From Bugula neritina (taxonomy: Eukaryota > Animalia > Bryozoa), in contig OZ037769.1 in the NCBI GenBank assembly GCA_964035545.1, positions 12,802,633 through 12,866,632 on the forward strand: a DNA stretch of 64,000 bases, read 5' to 3'. The stretch's first letter is position 1. The number at the start of each line of letters is the position of its first letter. A model generated the notes under the pieces. It ran no database searches. It worked only from the letters and a program-made list of their open reading frames with translations, and was not told where the DNA came from. This document shows, piece after piece, positions 16,623 through 30,312 of the stretch. The translations under genes and the position numbers were made by a program.

Positions 16623-19346
16623 AGTTGCTTAATGTGATATTATGTATACAGAATCACAAACTCTATATAGACTACTATAACACATGAAGTACAACAACAA
16701 AAAACAACAAAGTGGTAATTGCCTCTATCGTACAAATAATTGTAATGTAATAAGTGGATATTAAACTACTGCAAACCATTGTGGAACATTTTACCTGCGA
16801 TCACTACAACAATATATAGCTTCGCTCCGCTAAATATAATCACTATTATTAAAATTATAGTTGGCCAGTTCAAAATAAACATATATGTTTATAGTCTAAA
16901 ACAATATGGCTGCTTAAATTGTACAAATAGCTTTCATGAGAATAGCAAATTATGAGAAGCTTTCTAAAATTAAGAAAACTGTTTCTATTATTAGAAACAA
17001 CTCAGCAACATTATCTGTTTCAAGAAAACAACCTCAGAGAGATGCCAGGAATAGCTTTGCTAACAATTTGTTACGGCAGTTATATAGTAATACTAATCTA
17101 AAACTTAAAGCTTTTTATTTACCAAATTAAAAATGTATGTATAATATAATTGGCATTCATTGCCCAGTAACTTAACTAAACAAATACTGAACTTTATTAG
17201 GAAAAATTGTATTGGCAACAAAAATTTAATAATTCTACTTGAACTTGCGTTAGTTATTTTGATCATTATAGTACTTATAAAAATACAAAATTGAATTGCA
17301 AAGATATAACAAAGAAATAAAATCTGTAAAAAGGAAATTTTAGTAAAAGTAAGTTTTACTCAAACTTTAAAGAAGGTCCTTTGATTCAACATCTGATTTT
17401 ATTAGATGTTTTCTGTTGTTTTTAAATTGCTGAATACATGACTGTTAGCTAGAATTCTAATCTTTGGGTTTAAGACAATATTGGTTTGCTTACAAGCAAG
17501 CAAACTCTGTTAAGAGAAGCCACACATTTAATGGTTCAGTAGGTACAAAGTTGTCTTTTCTTAAAAGAAGACAACTCCTAAGTATTCAGTTTTTCATTTC
17601 GATAAAAATAGAATCAATTCCACTGCTGAACCGTAGAGTAAACTTTACTGTAATTTGCACAACTCATTCAGCTCTGGTTTTGCTAAATCTACTAATTTGA
17701 TAAATTATTACCACCGAATTTTCAACAGAAAATAGCTGTCAACTTCTCTTAAGTCCTTCAAAAAATATATTGACTCAAGATCTATTTAATAATAACATCT
17801 AAATTTAATAGCAGCTAAGCTAAATATATAATAATGGAATTAAGGTTGTTATAACTTTGACTGCAGTGTTATAATTTATATTAGTAATGGTTGCTTGCTT
17901 TTTTTGTAGCTATTTGCTGCCAAACTTGCCAATTAATCTCTGCAGCAGCCAAAAGAGTTTATTTACTTTATTCAAATAATTTTTTTTCCATACATTCAAT
18001 CAATTCGAATGACTATCTCATTGGAATATATTTTTATTGTAGCCTATAGGGGTTATATTTAGTTCATTCAAACAAGACTGCTTCTATGAACAAAATGAAA
18101 AGTTCACTTGAATAATGAAAATATGAAAACCAGCAATGAATGCTTAAACAAAAGTAATAACTATAAGTATTCTAAAAATAGTTACATAATCATTGAACTG
18201 GATAACTATAAGAATGAATATACAAATAATATACAGTGTTGTAGTATTACTGAATTGAGAATACAATAGAAAACCAATATTTAACTTATGTCAGTTATTT
18301 TCTCAAATAGGGCAACATTTTATCTAAGTCTAGATTGTTTTATATTACGTTTGAGGAAATAGCTAAAATTACACAGACACTAAGTTCATATAATACTCAC
18401 ACTTGGTAACATTTGATTGGCTAAAAGTAGAAGCTTATATTTTTTGTAAGATTTTGTTATTGCACTAAAAGCTTTACCTGTCTCATATTTGATAGATACT
18501 TTAAACTTTAGTCAACTGCGATTAGAAGATCATTTAGTTCAATGTAAAAGCTATGTTTCATGAAACTTACTGAAATGTTTTTTTAAAGCTGACATAAAAG
18601 AGAAAGATATTGAAGTAGAAACACAGTTGTTTAGAAATAGCGTAACGATATTTAGTATGGACTAGTTATCATTATTATAGTTTGGTGTTCACAAGCTCAC
18701 TTAATAAAGATGGAGTACATTCATAAAATGTGACCGTATTTTAAATTAAACAGGAGACAAATTACTCAAGGCAAATAATACCTTTGCACAGAGTTTGAAA
18801 ATGTGTTACAAGCTGTTGCTTGTGTGATTATACTGTTTAATGGAACTAAGGCAATTCAGCAACCCAACTATGGCATATAGAATATGAGTTGACTTTAACC
18901 TTGTTAATCTGTGTAATTATTATCCTTTACTGAAAAGTTAGAGACACATACAACATTGCCTTGCATATCAAAGCAGAAGTGGTGAGGGAGTGCAGATTTT
19001 TTTGTATGTAATAATTGATTTTAGCAGATATTGCTTACTTAGTATAGATTTGAAATACTTGCATCAAAATGAAATAACAAAAGCATAGAAATGACGTTTG
19101 AAGTTTTATTATAGTGAAAAACAATAAAAACAGGACAATTACTGTATAGTGTATATACAGTCACATAATCACTAAATCTTACAGCAGCATTTTGTTAACA
19201 ATCAGTGACAAAAAATAAAATAACACTCAAATACTTATTTTGCAATGTGAAAAATATTTGTAATTCTATTTGGTTTTAAAGTTACCTGTTTTTATAATAA
19301 AATCAAACTATAATTTTAGTTTTTCTGTCAGTAAAACCTTTTTACT

Positions 19347-20106
19347 TTATTCAGGGTGAGATGGACAAGATATCTGTTCAGGGCTTTCCAAGACACATCT
19401 GAGCACACAGTCGTTGGTTTCATCTTCAGTGATCTCAGCTGCAGACAAGCACAAATAACACCTCTCAATGCAGTCAGGATCAGCTACCCATCTTGGCATT
19501 GCTGTTGATTCGATGTACTCCTCAGGTTGGGGCATTTGCTCGTAGGCCTTTCTGTCCAAGTAGTCTGCGTACAGAGCAGCGAAGGTTCCAGTAGTGTTTC
19601 GGTTAGGATTTAAACCGACAAGGTCACTTAAAGGTGAATCTTCACGGTTTTTTTGCTCAGCCCTGACACGTGCAATGATCATGTCACTCAGTCTGCTTGC
19701 CCCAGGACTTTCATCATACAAAGTGCCAGAAACTAACACCCACTAAAACATGGCAAATACAAGAATTGTGATACATAAATAAATGTTTCTACTGGGGTAT
19801 AAGTTTTCCTGCTATGTTTTACATAATACTCTATTTTTTTAATTATTTTTTGGTAAATAAACTGCCAGTGACTAAATAATTATCACTGTAGTCACTTGTT
19901 TGAGCGCAACTACAAACTAAAAAATAGGTAACTCGTTTTATTTCAGTTTAAGCAATTATATTTACGATTGTTTAAAAATAAAGCTATTAAAATAGACTAG
20001 AAGCAATAAGATTTCTGAATGTTTTAAATTAAATATATTAGTTGAAATAAAAAATACTCACATTTAAAGCAACAGCTAAGTAAAACACTTGCACAAACTT
20101 TCCCAT
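19347..20106 (-). CDS. Six-Cys secreted prepropeptide, copy 4: complement(join(19347..19742,20062..20106))
   Basis: MGKFVQVFYLAVALN|gtgagt ... ttttag|WVLVSG/TLYDE; CIERCYLC-x13-CVLRC-x9-CPSH. Confidence 0.88.
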
Positions 20107-21899
20107 TTTACAAGTACTATGCAATATTCTACAGAGATATGCTGTTGATTGTCAAAGTTGATATTCAAAATATCTGCACCTTCTCAGCATAAGCAGAATG
20201 CTAGCAAATGACCACACCAAGTTTTGACAGCCCATTCAAAAATTGGGTGGTGTCTTTACCATAGCCAATAGCGTTAAAGGACAAATAAACAAAGAAGTTA
20301 TACAATGCTTGATTATAGTCAAGCATTGTATAACTTCTAGCTATGTCTTTCAGAACAATCTCTGCACATATTGTTCTGGAAAACATGGCAAGGAAATATT
20401 GATGAAATAACAAATCCATTTGAATAATACAAATCTGGAAAGCAGTAATAGTTGTAAGCATTAAAAATAGTTACAAATCAGTGCTCTAGATTACCTTGAC
20501 TATAAACAATACATGGCTTTCTGTAATACAGGGTTGCGAATACAATGGATAACCATTATTTGACTTTGCAGTTATTGTCTCAAATAGTGAAATATTTCAT
20601 CTAAAGCTAAGACTGTTTACCAAGGAATAGCTAAATAACACAGACGCTATGCGTACACTTGGTGAGATTAAATTTGTTAACCACAGTTAAAAATTTAATC
20701 TGCAAAAAAATTACATAACAGCAGAAGGTTATAACTTTGTTGTAAGATATTTTCTTCTTGCAACAAAAGTTTCATTTGTCTTGCATTTGGTACTTTAAAT
20801 TTCAGTCAACTGTAATTAGAAGATCATTTAGTGCAATGTAAAATTATTCTACAAGCTATGTTTCATAAAACTTACGGAGAAAACTATTGAAAATAATCTT
20901 TTAACTCTGATAAAAGACGGAGAAGCACGCTGTTGTTGAGATAGGGTGTCATTTCAGTTAGATGACCCCAAATATTTCTATCAAATATGTGTGCATGCAA
21001 ACGGTGTTTAAATATATTTGACAACTTTAAAATCTCAAATTGAATGAATATAATGTAGAAGAATTTAGACATCTTATTGGTATAGACTTCAGTAAACTGT
21101 TAGAGCAATAAGTCATATTATGCATATGGCTTCAGTTATTTATCTATTCATGGCTTCAGTTAGACACCATTGCACATGGGTTCACATGAAATCAAAATAA
21201 AGACAGCTTGGTATCAAATACAATATATTTTTAATTCTTAAATGTTCTTGAATACGAGCGTATTGATGATTGTCTAACTGGAAGTTGTCTATCTGAAGTG
21301 AAACTATTTCTACCTATAAAAATATTGATAACAATTTTTCTGCTACACAAGTATTGTAGGGTCCTTTGTGCTTTATATACCAATACTATAGTCTATACTC
21401 TATAGTATACACAATATACTATGTATTTTACCTTAGAGCACAAATAGTTCCCAATGCTATAAGAGTAGCAATAACCATACATATTACAAATATCTATTGG
21501 AATGAACTTTCCTAATTCTCATAAACCTCTCACTTTTTAGCTGAGTCATGACGTGTTCATTATAAAGCAAAGGCTTTCTAATCTTTGCTGATAATTAAAC
21601 TAAGTGCTATATAATATATTAGCTTCACTGCCACCAACTGTCAGTGGGCACATTCAATATTTACTAGCCATGTTTTTAGAACAATCCATGGTCAAGCACA
21701 ACTACATATAATTTTTCTGTTTAGTTGTCTTGTAATGCTATTTGCTGCGGTAAAAACATCAAGGTGTCTTCATGGGCTGTCGAAACTTGGTGTTGTCATT
21801 TGCAACTATTTTTCTTATATCAGCAGGTGCAGATATTTTGGGTATCAAAGATAACAATCAACAGCATTTCTCTGTAGAATATTGCATAATACTTGTAAA

Positions 21900-22650
21900 A
21901 TAGAGATGTTCGTGCAAGTGTCTTTCTTAGCTGTTACTCACTTAGTTTGTTTAATTGAAAGCATTTACAAAGTATTTGCTTTCATTTTAATTGTTCTATT
22001 TTTAAACAAGCATATATATACTGTAATAGTTCAAACTGAAATAAAACAAGTTACCCATTTCTTAGTTTGTAGCTGTGCTCAAACAAATATCTACAGAAAT
22101 AATTATTTAGTTACTATAGTGTGGTTTATTTAGCAAAGATTAATTTAAAAATATACGGTCTTATGTAAAACATAGCAGGAAAACTTATACCTCAGTAGAA
22201 ATATTTATTTATGTATTACGATGCTTGTATTGACAATGTTTTAGTCGGGGTTAGTTTCTGGCACTTTGTATGATGAAAGTCCTGGGGCAAGCAGACTGAG
22301 TGACTTGACCATTGCGCGTGTCAGGGCTGAGCAGAAAAACCGTGAAGATTCACCTTTAAGTGACCTTGTCGGTTTAAATCCTCACCGAAACACTACTGGA
22401 ACCTTTGATGCTTTGTACGCAGACTACTTGGACAGAAAGGCTTATGAGCAAATGCCCCAACCTGAGGAATATGAAGGTGATATGTTTGAGGATGCAATTC
22501 GTGATGGCACTAGAGCAACACAAATACGTTGAGAGGTGTTATCTGTGCTTGGCAGCAGGCGAGATTAATGATGATGAATCCTATGACTGCATCCTCAGAT
22601 GTGTCTTAGAAAGCACTGACCTTCTATCTTGTCCGTCTCATCCTGAATAA
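21900..22650 (+). pseudogene. Six-Cys prepropeptide copy 5, pseudogene (inverted duplicate of copy 4)
   Basis: The ATG equivalent reads ATA (21900) and the donor has degraded to gtttgt. Exon 2 starts at 22245 and stops at 22530-22532 through a frameshift. The Cys domain lies in another frame with Cys1 changed to Tyr (KYVERCYLC). Confidence 0.8.
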
Positions 22651-24797
22651 AATAAAAAAAAAGTCTTACTGACAGAAAAACTAAAATTATTTTTAGTTTG
22701 GTTTTATTATCAAAACAGGTAACTTTGCGGCTAAATTGAATTAAAAGTCTTTTTCACATTGCAGAATTTTTTCTGAAAGTATTTTAGTGTTACTGCTGTC
22801 AGGTTTAATATAATGTATAATTGCTTAACTTTACTCAATTATATGTAATACAATAGTTGTGTTTATATTTGTTACTATATATAATCAAACTTCAAACTTT
22901 ATTCCTGTGCTTTATTTTTTCCTATCATTTTATGCAAGTATTTCATATCTATAATAATAATACTAAGTTATAAGCAATATCCGCTAAAATTAATTATTAC
23001 ATGCATACAGAAAAATCTGCATGGGCTCCCTCACCATTTCTGTTAACCAACCTTAAAGATTTGATATGCAACCCAATCTTGCATTTGAAACTATATAAGC
23101 TTTTTAGTGAAGGATAATAATTACACAGTTTAACAAAGTTAGAATCAAATCATAGTCTATATATGACCTATAGCTGGGTTGCTGAATAGCCTCAGTTTTA
23201 TCAAACAGTATAATCACACAAGCAACAGCCCACTACACATTATCAAATTTTGTGCAAAGGTATTCCAAAGCAACATTTGTCGTTTAATAACCGATTTTTG
23301 TTGAATGAAACATTTGAACTTCAAAAAATGCATTTAATATATTTTTTATATGCACTTAGATTAATATACCATGCAAAACTTGACTATAGTATGCAGGACT
23401 AGTTATAATAATACTTTTTTACTTTAATAATTGCATACTAATTGGAGAAACTCATAACTGTTGAAAATAATTATTTAGGAAGTATAGCAGAACATATGAG
23501 TGTTAAAAATTAGTTGCGACAAAAGAAAACATTATTCGGAGCCCTAATGTAAAACAAATACAGCATATGGACAAGATTAAAATAGCTTGCAATATGGAAC
23601 ACGCATGCAATGTGTTGTTAGATGCAAAGTATTTTCTAAAAAACAACAGGAATATATTTTTTTCTAAAAGTATTTTTTGTAAAATATTTATTGGAGAACT
23701 GATATTTGAGCTGCAGGGAATGCGTACGAATGGCAGAATATATATGCAAATGGAGATTTGTGACAGCCAGCTTGCTCTGAGTAAATGACACACAATCATG
23801 ATTAGTTTTATTTCGTTCATTGCCAACTGGTAATTTTATCAAAAAGTGCAAAACTGAAACATGTTATATAATCGCCTAAAGTACCTAAAAAGTTTAAATT
23901 ACTCTAAGTATTACCAGAAATGACTGAAGCAACCTTAAAGCCAAGTAGGCTAAATTTATCCATAAAACCAGCTACCATTTTACATTCTATTTAGTGTTAC
24001 ACCTAAATACTCCCTAGCTAGTAAACATCTGCACTCTATAGTTTACATAATAGCAGGGTATTATCACAGCTGGTTATGGCAGATTAGCAAAGCTATCCTC
24101 TTTTCAAACCTAATAAGCAGTTACATGCACATCCTAAAGGCTAAGTGCCTTGAATAAAGGAGTGGGTGAGAAAATCATGCCTGAAATTTCTTTATCGTAT
24201 TTTAAATCTGGTTGTTATATTAAACAACATCTCACCAAAAATTGTAAATAGCAGACTAAACAGGTTGTTTTATTTCAAGCATTCTTATAAACTCTGTTGT
24301 TATAGAGTTATTTAGATTTATAATATTTAGGCAGCTGGTAACTATGGTAACCGTACTTCATCTTTTTCTCCATCCACTCATGCTAACCCTCCCATTTGTC
24401 TATCCATTGTAGTCTACGATTTTTTATCTAGTAGCAAATACTAAAATATTTAATCATAAAAATACTGTAATTATGGACTGTAAAGGTATAAAAGTGAAAA
24501 CTAGAAAAACATCTCCCTGCTTAATATTTTCTCTTTTGATGGCACTTAAGATGCAGTCTAGTATTAAATTGAAAGCATATAATTATTGAAAGTCTTCCAT
24601 ACCATTTCACCAATCCTCTATTGTTTAATGGGCACTTTTGTCCTTTCTCTTTACTTTCTTTCACGCTATTGGTCAAAATTCTGAGAATTTTTATTCAATA
24701 GTTGACATTCTGACACTTTCAGTTATTCTTCAAGTTGACGTTATAAAATAGAAGCCTGTTTTAACTAGAGCAAGCCAAAAGTGATAGTATTTGAACC

Positions 24798-25814
24798 ATG
24801 AAGGGCTTATACCAAGTAACGATGTTTGTGCTCTGTACAAATGTGAGTATATTTTTTGGTATTACGTTTAGCTTTATAGAGTTTTTTAAACTTTTTTTTG
24901 CTTTGAAGTATCTCTATAAATATGATCTGTTGTAAATAAATAGTACCATAATAAAATAGATTGTTTTAGTGCCATGAAATTGTTAATACATTTTAAGCTG
25001 GGTAAATGGCAAATTAAACATGGTAATTAAACATGGTAAATAAGGGACAATTTAAACCTAGTAATTAAAGTTTTCTGTATAGAACTTTAGATTTTCTATT
25101 TCAAACAAAAAGCTGCTCTAAAACATTTAAGTTTTATACCTTATTTTTGAGAAAAAAAAACAAAGAGCTGTCTTTTAATTCTTGCAGTTATTAGAACGAG
25201 TATACAAACCCAAAGCACCGCCATTTTTATCATAATTGAGACGATAAGAACGCTCAGGCAGCTAATAGTCTTTGTCATATCTCTAATGCTTTTAGCATAA
25301 ACATTATAGAGCTAGAAGTAATCACGTACCTGATGCTTGTATATTTTTGAGTCATCGTGATGATAAAGTTAAAAAGCACCAAAGTATTAATTATTGTTTA
25401 CCAATAACATATCATTTGTCTATGTTTTAGTGGGTGATGGTCAGAAGCACCCCTATTGGTTCAGTCCCTAATTCTAGGGTACTAAGCCACCAAATTATTA
25501 GTCGCGTGAGGGACGAGCAGATAGAGCGAGAAGAGTCTGCTTTGAGTGATCTCCTCAGTCTAAATTCCGATGAAAGTGCACCAGACCAACCCTCTGGAGA
25601 GGATCTGTCAGAGATAATTTATCTACCCGCCCCTACCACTACCAGGCGACCCACAACTACCGGTTACCCAACTTGTCTTCGAGTTTGCTACTTGTGTCTA
25701 GCCGCAGGTGAGCACGAAGAAAGAGATGCCTATGATTGTGTTGATAGATGCCTCCAACCAGATGCAGAAAAACTCACATGTCCCTCTCATCCCTTCACTA
25801 ATGGATCCATTTAA
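24798..25814 (+). CDS. Six-Cys secreted prepropeptide, copy 6: join(24798..24842,25431..25814)
   Basis: MKGLYQVTMFVLCTN|gtgagt ... ttttag|WVMVRS/TP; REESALSDLLSL motif; CLRVCYLC-x13-CVDRC-x9-CPSH; TATAAAA at ~24742. Confidence 0.87.
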
Positions 25815-27059
25815 AATAATTTTTTAAATGCCCTAATGACCCAAGTTCAAACCTTTTTATATTTATGACTTGATTTAAAATAAGAGGAGCAAAGAATAGT
25901 TTTGCAATATATATATAAAACTATTGGAAACTATTTCTTTATATTTGTGGATGTTTTGATTTTATAGATTTTGTGCCTCCATTTATTATATTTAGAATTA
26001 GAGTTATATATATTTTTGCACTTGAGTATTAATTACATTGCTGCAATCACCAATAAATTTTCTGCTGAAATTTATTTAAATTGTTATTGCTTTGCTTTTG
26101 CAGACGTCTGAAGGATTAATATATAGTCTATAATTACAAAAATAATTTCTTTAATTTGCAGGCATTTTTTATTTTAATCAGCTATATAAAGTATACTTTA
26201 GATATAAATTAGAAAATTTTGATGAATAGCCAACCTATAGAACTTTAGGCAGCTCAAGAAAGTATCAAAATAAATATATTTCCAAACTCATGAAAAAAGC
26301 AAATCAATAAATCGAATTCTGTATTAGAACCTTTTTTAAGTTATTACATTTTATAGGTTTTTTGAAGCTAAATCTTCTGCTGTTGTTTTTATGACTGTTG
26401 CCTTCAAGCCACGCACCAGCTTTATTTATTTTTGCAACTACTGTCATTAAATTTAATCTTTGCAATGAATTCTTAATATTTTTAATGGTAGAACACGTAC
26501 TGACTGTTTTATGATAGGTAGTTTTGCTCTACGGTTATATAAAACTTATTCCTCTTCCCTAACATTTTATTACAGAGAAACACCCTAGGGCCTAGAACTG
26601 AGCCTTGCTATTTGGGTGCTTGTAGTGCCCTTAGAGTTTACGAGGTCCTTACTCTTTAGCTAAACTAGAAAAGTTCTCAAGCTACACAAATCTCAGAACC
26701 ATTCATTAGGAAATGCTGTTATTAAGTACAAACTCAACACTTAGAAGCACTAAACTAGTAATCTGTTCTACTTAAAGCTGTTTCTTTGTTGATTTCGAAA
26801 TATTATTATAAGTTGGACAGTTGTTTGTTCAGTAGGAGGGGAGATTAGTTATAACTTAACCTGTATTTGTAAATATCTGCCAGCTCACTATAGATTTAAC
26901 ATAATAAGAATAATAGACTTCAAGAAGTTATATAATAATTGCTTGCATTATAAATGGCAGAATAGCAGGCAGTCTTTTTATTTCTAAAGCAGATGTTTTG
27001 GTGCTAAAAGGTTACACTGTCCAACTATTAACTTAACTTTAAAGTAAATAAACTACAGG

Positions 27060-27816
27060 ATGAAGGTCACAGTGTGTGTAGTTCTTTGTGTTGCAACCAT
27101 AAATGTAAGTATACCAGATTTCATTTTTATAAAGAAAGCTTCAAATGTATGCGTTGATATATACGATGTTTATAAAAACAAATTGTAAGAAACACAACTG
27201 CGTTATATAAACGAAACATATGCTTATGCACACAGTGTTCATTTAAATTTAAGTCAATTATTTTTCTAAGCTCTTTTTTTCATGAATTGTATAATATAAT
27301 TACTTCCTATGGCACACTCTTGAGGTAGTGAATCACTTTAACACTCTCATTCAATGTTGTATAATCATACTTACACTTAAAATTCTTATGCTAAGATACC
27401 ACCACCCGCCACCCGAGCAGGACCACGGCAGGGAAAGGTGACCAAAGGTGACCAAGATACCACCAAGTTGTAAAAATAAAGTCAACTAGCTGTAAACTTA
27501 TTTTTAGCTAGCTACAGCAGCCCTTAAGAAGCCATACAAAGATTCTTTGCAGGGAATACTCTCAGACTTGGTAAAGACAAACAGAGATAAACAGCTGTCA
27601 GAGAATGACCTTCTGGATCTTTACTCTGAGCAAAAGCTGCCATCTAACAGACTGAGAGTTAGAAACAAGCGAAAGGTTGAGATAAGTGCTTTCTGTATAA
27701 AAATGTGTGCTTTCTGCGCTATAGTTGGAGATCAAGCTGCAGCGCATGCCTGCATGTATTCCTGTAGCGATGAGGGTTCAAAACGCATAACTTGCCCATC
27801 TTACATCAATAATTGA
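27060..27816 (+). CDS. Six-Cys secreted prepropeptide, copy 7 (furin-type site): join(27060..27104,27508..27816)
   Basis: MKVTVCVVLCVATIN|gtaagt ... ttttag|LATA/AL; RVRNKR then KVEISAFCIKMCAFC-x11-CMYSC-x9-CPSY. Confidence 0.87.
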
Positions 27817-28358
27817 GGCCAATCAAAATGTATATTTAGTTTACTGCTTAAACTTGAATATGCTCAAATTTTTGTAGAATTTCACTAATTATGCCCCTTT
27901 GATTGATATTGTTACTAGAATGTAAAAGTGATAAACTGTATTTGAGCTTTTGGGATTGTACAACTGTTCACACTTCAATTCTCTTTTTGTAATGAGTCAA
28001 GCTTTAAATAAAAATGTGTACATCTTATGTAATTTGAAACTACATTTTGTGCATTTTTATTTGCATAAATTGAAAAATAAATAAATATAGTATAATAAAA
28101 GCACTATTAGCATCCTAAATAATAAGCTGTTTAAAAGCAGAACAACTATAAGTATAACTTGTATTATAGTCAATATCCCAGCATCCTGGTAACATTGTAA
28201 CACAGTTGAAGGTTATCAATTTGGTAAAGGTGTGGGTCTGAAATAAACCGTGGTCTATGAGATTTGTATATTAGTTGGAATTTAAAAAAAACCATTTTTT
28301 AAGTAGTATAACTAGTATGGTAAAACTGGTGTCATCCCAGTTAGACACTATTCATTTG

Positions 28359-28852
28359 GGTTCATCCCAAATAGACGATTCCCAGTTAGACAATAGGCTA
28401 AATTACCCACTTAGAGATTCCCACTTGGACGCTTCCCAGTTAGGCGACATTTTTTATTTTGGTGCTATATAATTGTATAGTAATATACCTATATAACTGT
28501 TGCAATCATTGCTAAATAGCTAAAATACTGATAGCTATAATAGCTAACATGAATTATCTGGAATAATAGTCTAATCCCCATAGATTTGTGTGAGACAAAA
28601 AAACAGTAATATATATTATTAATAAACATTATCTTTAATTAATGAATACTCATTAACAAAATATCTGTTTAAACAAGAAGCAAAAAATATGTAAAATTAA
28701 TATGTTAATGCAGATCAAAGAGATTTATTCATGTGCTCAATATATGTACTTTATTTAAATATACATATATATTTAAATAATATTCAAATAAATTGCACAT
28801 ACAATATAAATAAATATCTTCTAACTGGGAATCGTCTATATGGGATGACACC
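28359..28852. mobile_element. Non-autonomous Mutator-like DNA transposon with 9-bp TSD
   Basis: TIRs GG(T)TCATCCCAAATAGACGATTCCCAGTTAGA / TCTAACTGGGAATCGTCTATATGGGATGACACC, flanked by ATTCATTTG at 28350-28358 and 28853-28861. Related relics at ~20944-21303 and ~43515-43550. Superfamily is inferred from TSD length. Confidence 0.7.
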
Positions 28853-29404
28853 ATTCATTTGTTTTGATACAATATAATATATTTTATTCGAAATTTATTT
28901 GAATATTGTTGAAATATGCATATATTTAAATAAACACAGATCGATTGTTTGTTATTTATTTAGCATATGAAAAAATTCTTTTATTTCTGTAATATATTAT
29001 TGCACATCAATTCTCTAAGGCTACACTCTAATGGCAGGGTGCTTATAGAGGCCTGAGAGTTTACAAGTTTTTCAGCTAAGCTTGAAAAGTTCCCAGACTA
29101 CACAAATCTCAGAACCATTCATTTAGAAATGCTGTTATTAAGGACAAGCCTAATATTTAGAAGCACTAAACTAGTAATTTGTTTCACTTAAAGCTGTTTC
29201 TTTGTTGATTTTAAAATATTATTATAAGTTTTACAGTTGTTTGTTTAGTAGGAGGGGAGGTTTGTCTAAATTTATTCTTTATTTGTAAACATCTGCTAAT
29301 GCACTTTAGAAATAATGTGACAAGAATAATCGCCTTTTAAGAGTTATGTAATAATTACTTGTGTAGAAGAAGGAATAGCAGGTAGCCTGTTTACTCTCAT
29401 AGGG

Positions 29405-29411
29405 TATAAAA
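29405..29411 (+). promoter_or_regulatory. Candidate TATA box for copy 8
   Basis: GGGTATAAAA ~112 nt upstream of ATG 29517; TATAAAT sits at a similar distance (~26949) upstream of copy 7. AT-rich background weakens the call. Confidence 0.4.
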
Positions 29412-29516
29412 TTGGACAGGAGAAAGAGCCCCAGTTAGTTCAATCAGTGTTTTGGTGCTGAAAGGTAGTTTCGTCCATTTGTCAACTTTACGGGTATACA
29501 GCAAACAAACTACAGA

Positions 29517-30312
29517 ATGAAGGTTGCAGTGTGTTTACTTCTCTGCATGCTAGCAGTAAATGTAAGTATAATTTTTTTACATTTCATGTTTACCAGTAAC
29601 TGGAAAACTTGAAAAAATTTGGCTTAAAGTTGATATAACTTATTACTATGATAACAATGTTTTCCAAACTAAATTATAAAAAAATAGCTGTCTTTTAAAA
29701 TCAACTACGCCATTAGAATGTTTATTAAATCTTTGTACCTCGTCTTTTAACAGGCGACAAGTTTTGTTTTTTATTAAATAATTATATTTAATATAATTAT
29801 ATGTGCCAATACACTGAGATGCTAGTTTAAATTTATAGAATAACTATTTTCCTAAGCTTTGTTTGCCTGCCAAAACTTATTTTGTAATCCATTTCTTTTA
29901 AAATAGATGTCTTCTAGAGCATACTAATACAAAATTTCAATATAAAAACTCAAATTTGCCTACTTTTATTTTGCTAGGGTAACGCCAACCTATACTTATA
30001 CCGAGTTTAACTTAAATCTCAACTCATTTTTAGATGGTAACGGCAGCTCTTGAAAATCCACACAAAGAATCATTGCAAGGAATACTCACAGGCTTGGCAA
30101 AGAGAAGCAGTGACCTTTACTTCAAGCATAAGCTGCCAGCTAACAGACTGAGGGTTAGAAACAAACGGCAGGTAACAGCCGAATGTCTAAAAATGTGCGT
30201 TTTCTGTTTCAACTCTGGAGAGCACGCTTCAATGAGAGGCTGCATGGTTTCCTGCTCTGATGAAACTCTAGAGAACATAACCTGTCCTTCCTACGTCAAT
30301 CGACAGAGTTAA
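29517..30312 (+). CDS. Six-Cys secreted prepropeptide, copy 8 (furin-type site): join(29517..29561,30034..30312)
   Basis: MKVAVCLLLCMLAVN|gtaagt ... ttttag|MVTA/AL; RVRNKR then QVTAECLKMCVFC-x11-CMVSC-x9-CPSY. Confidence 0.88.
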
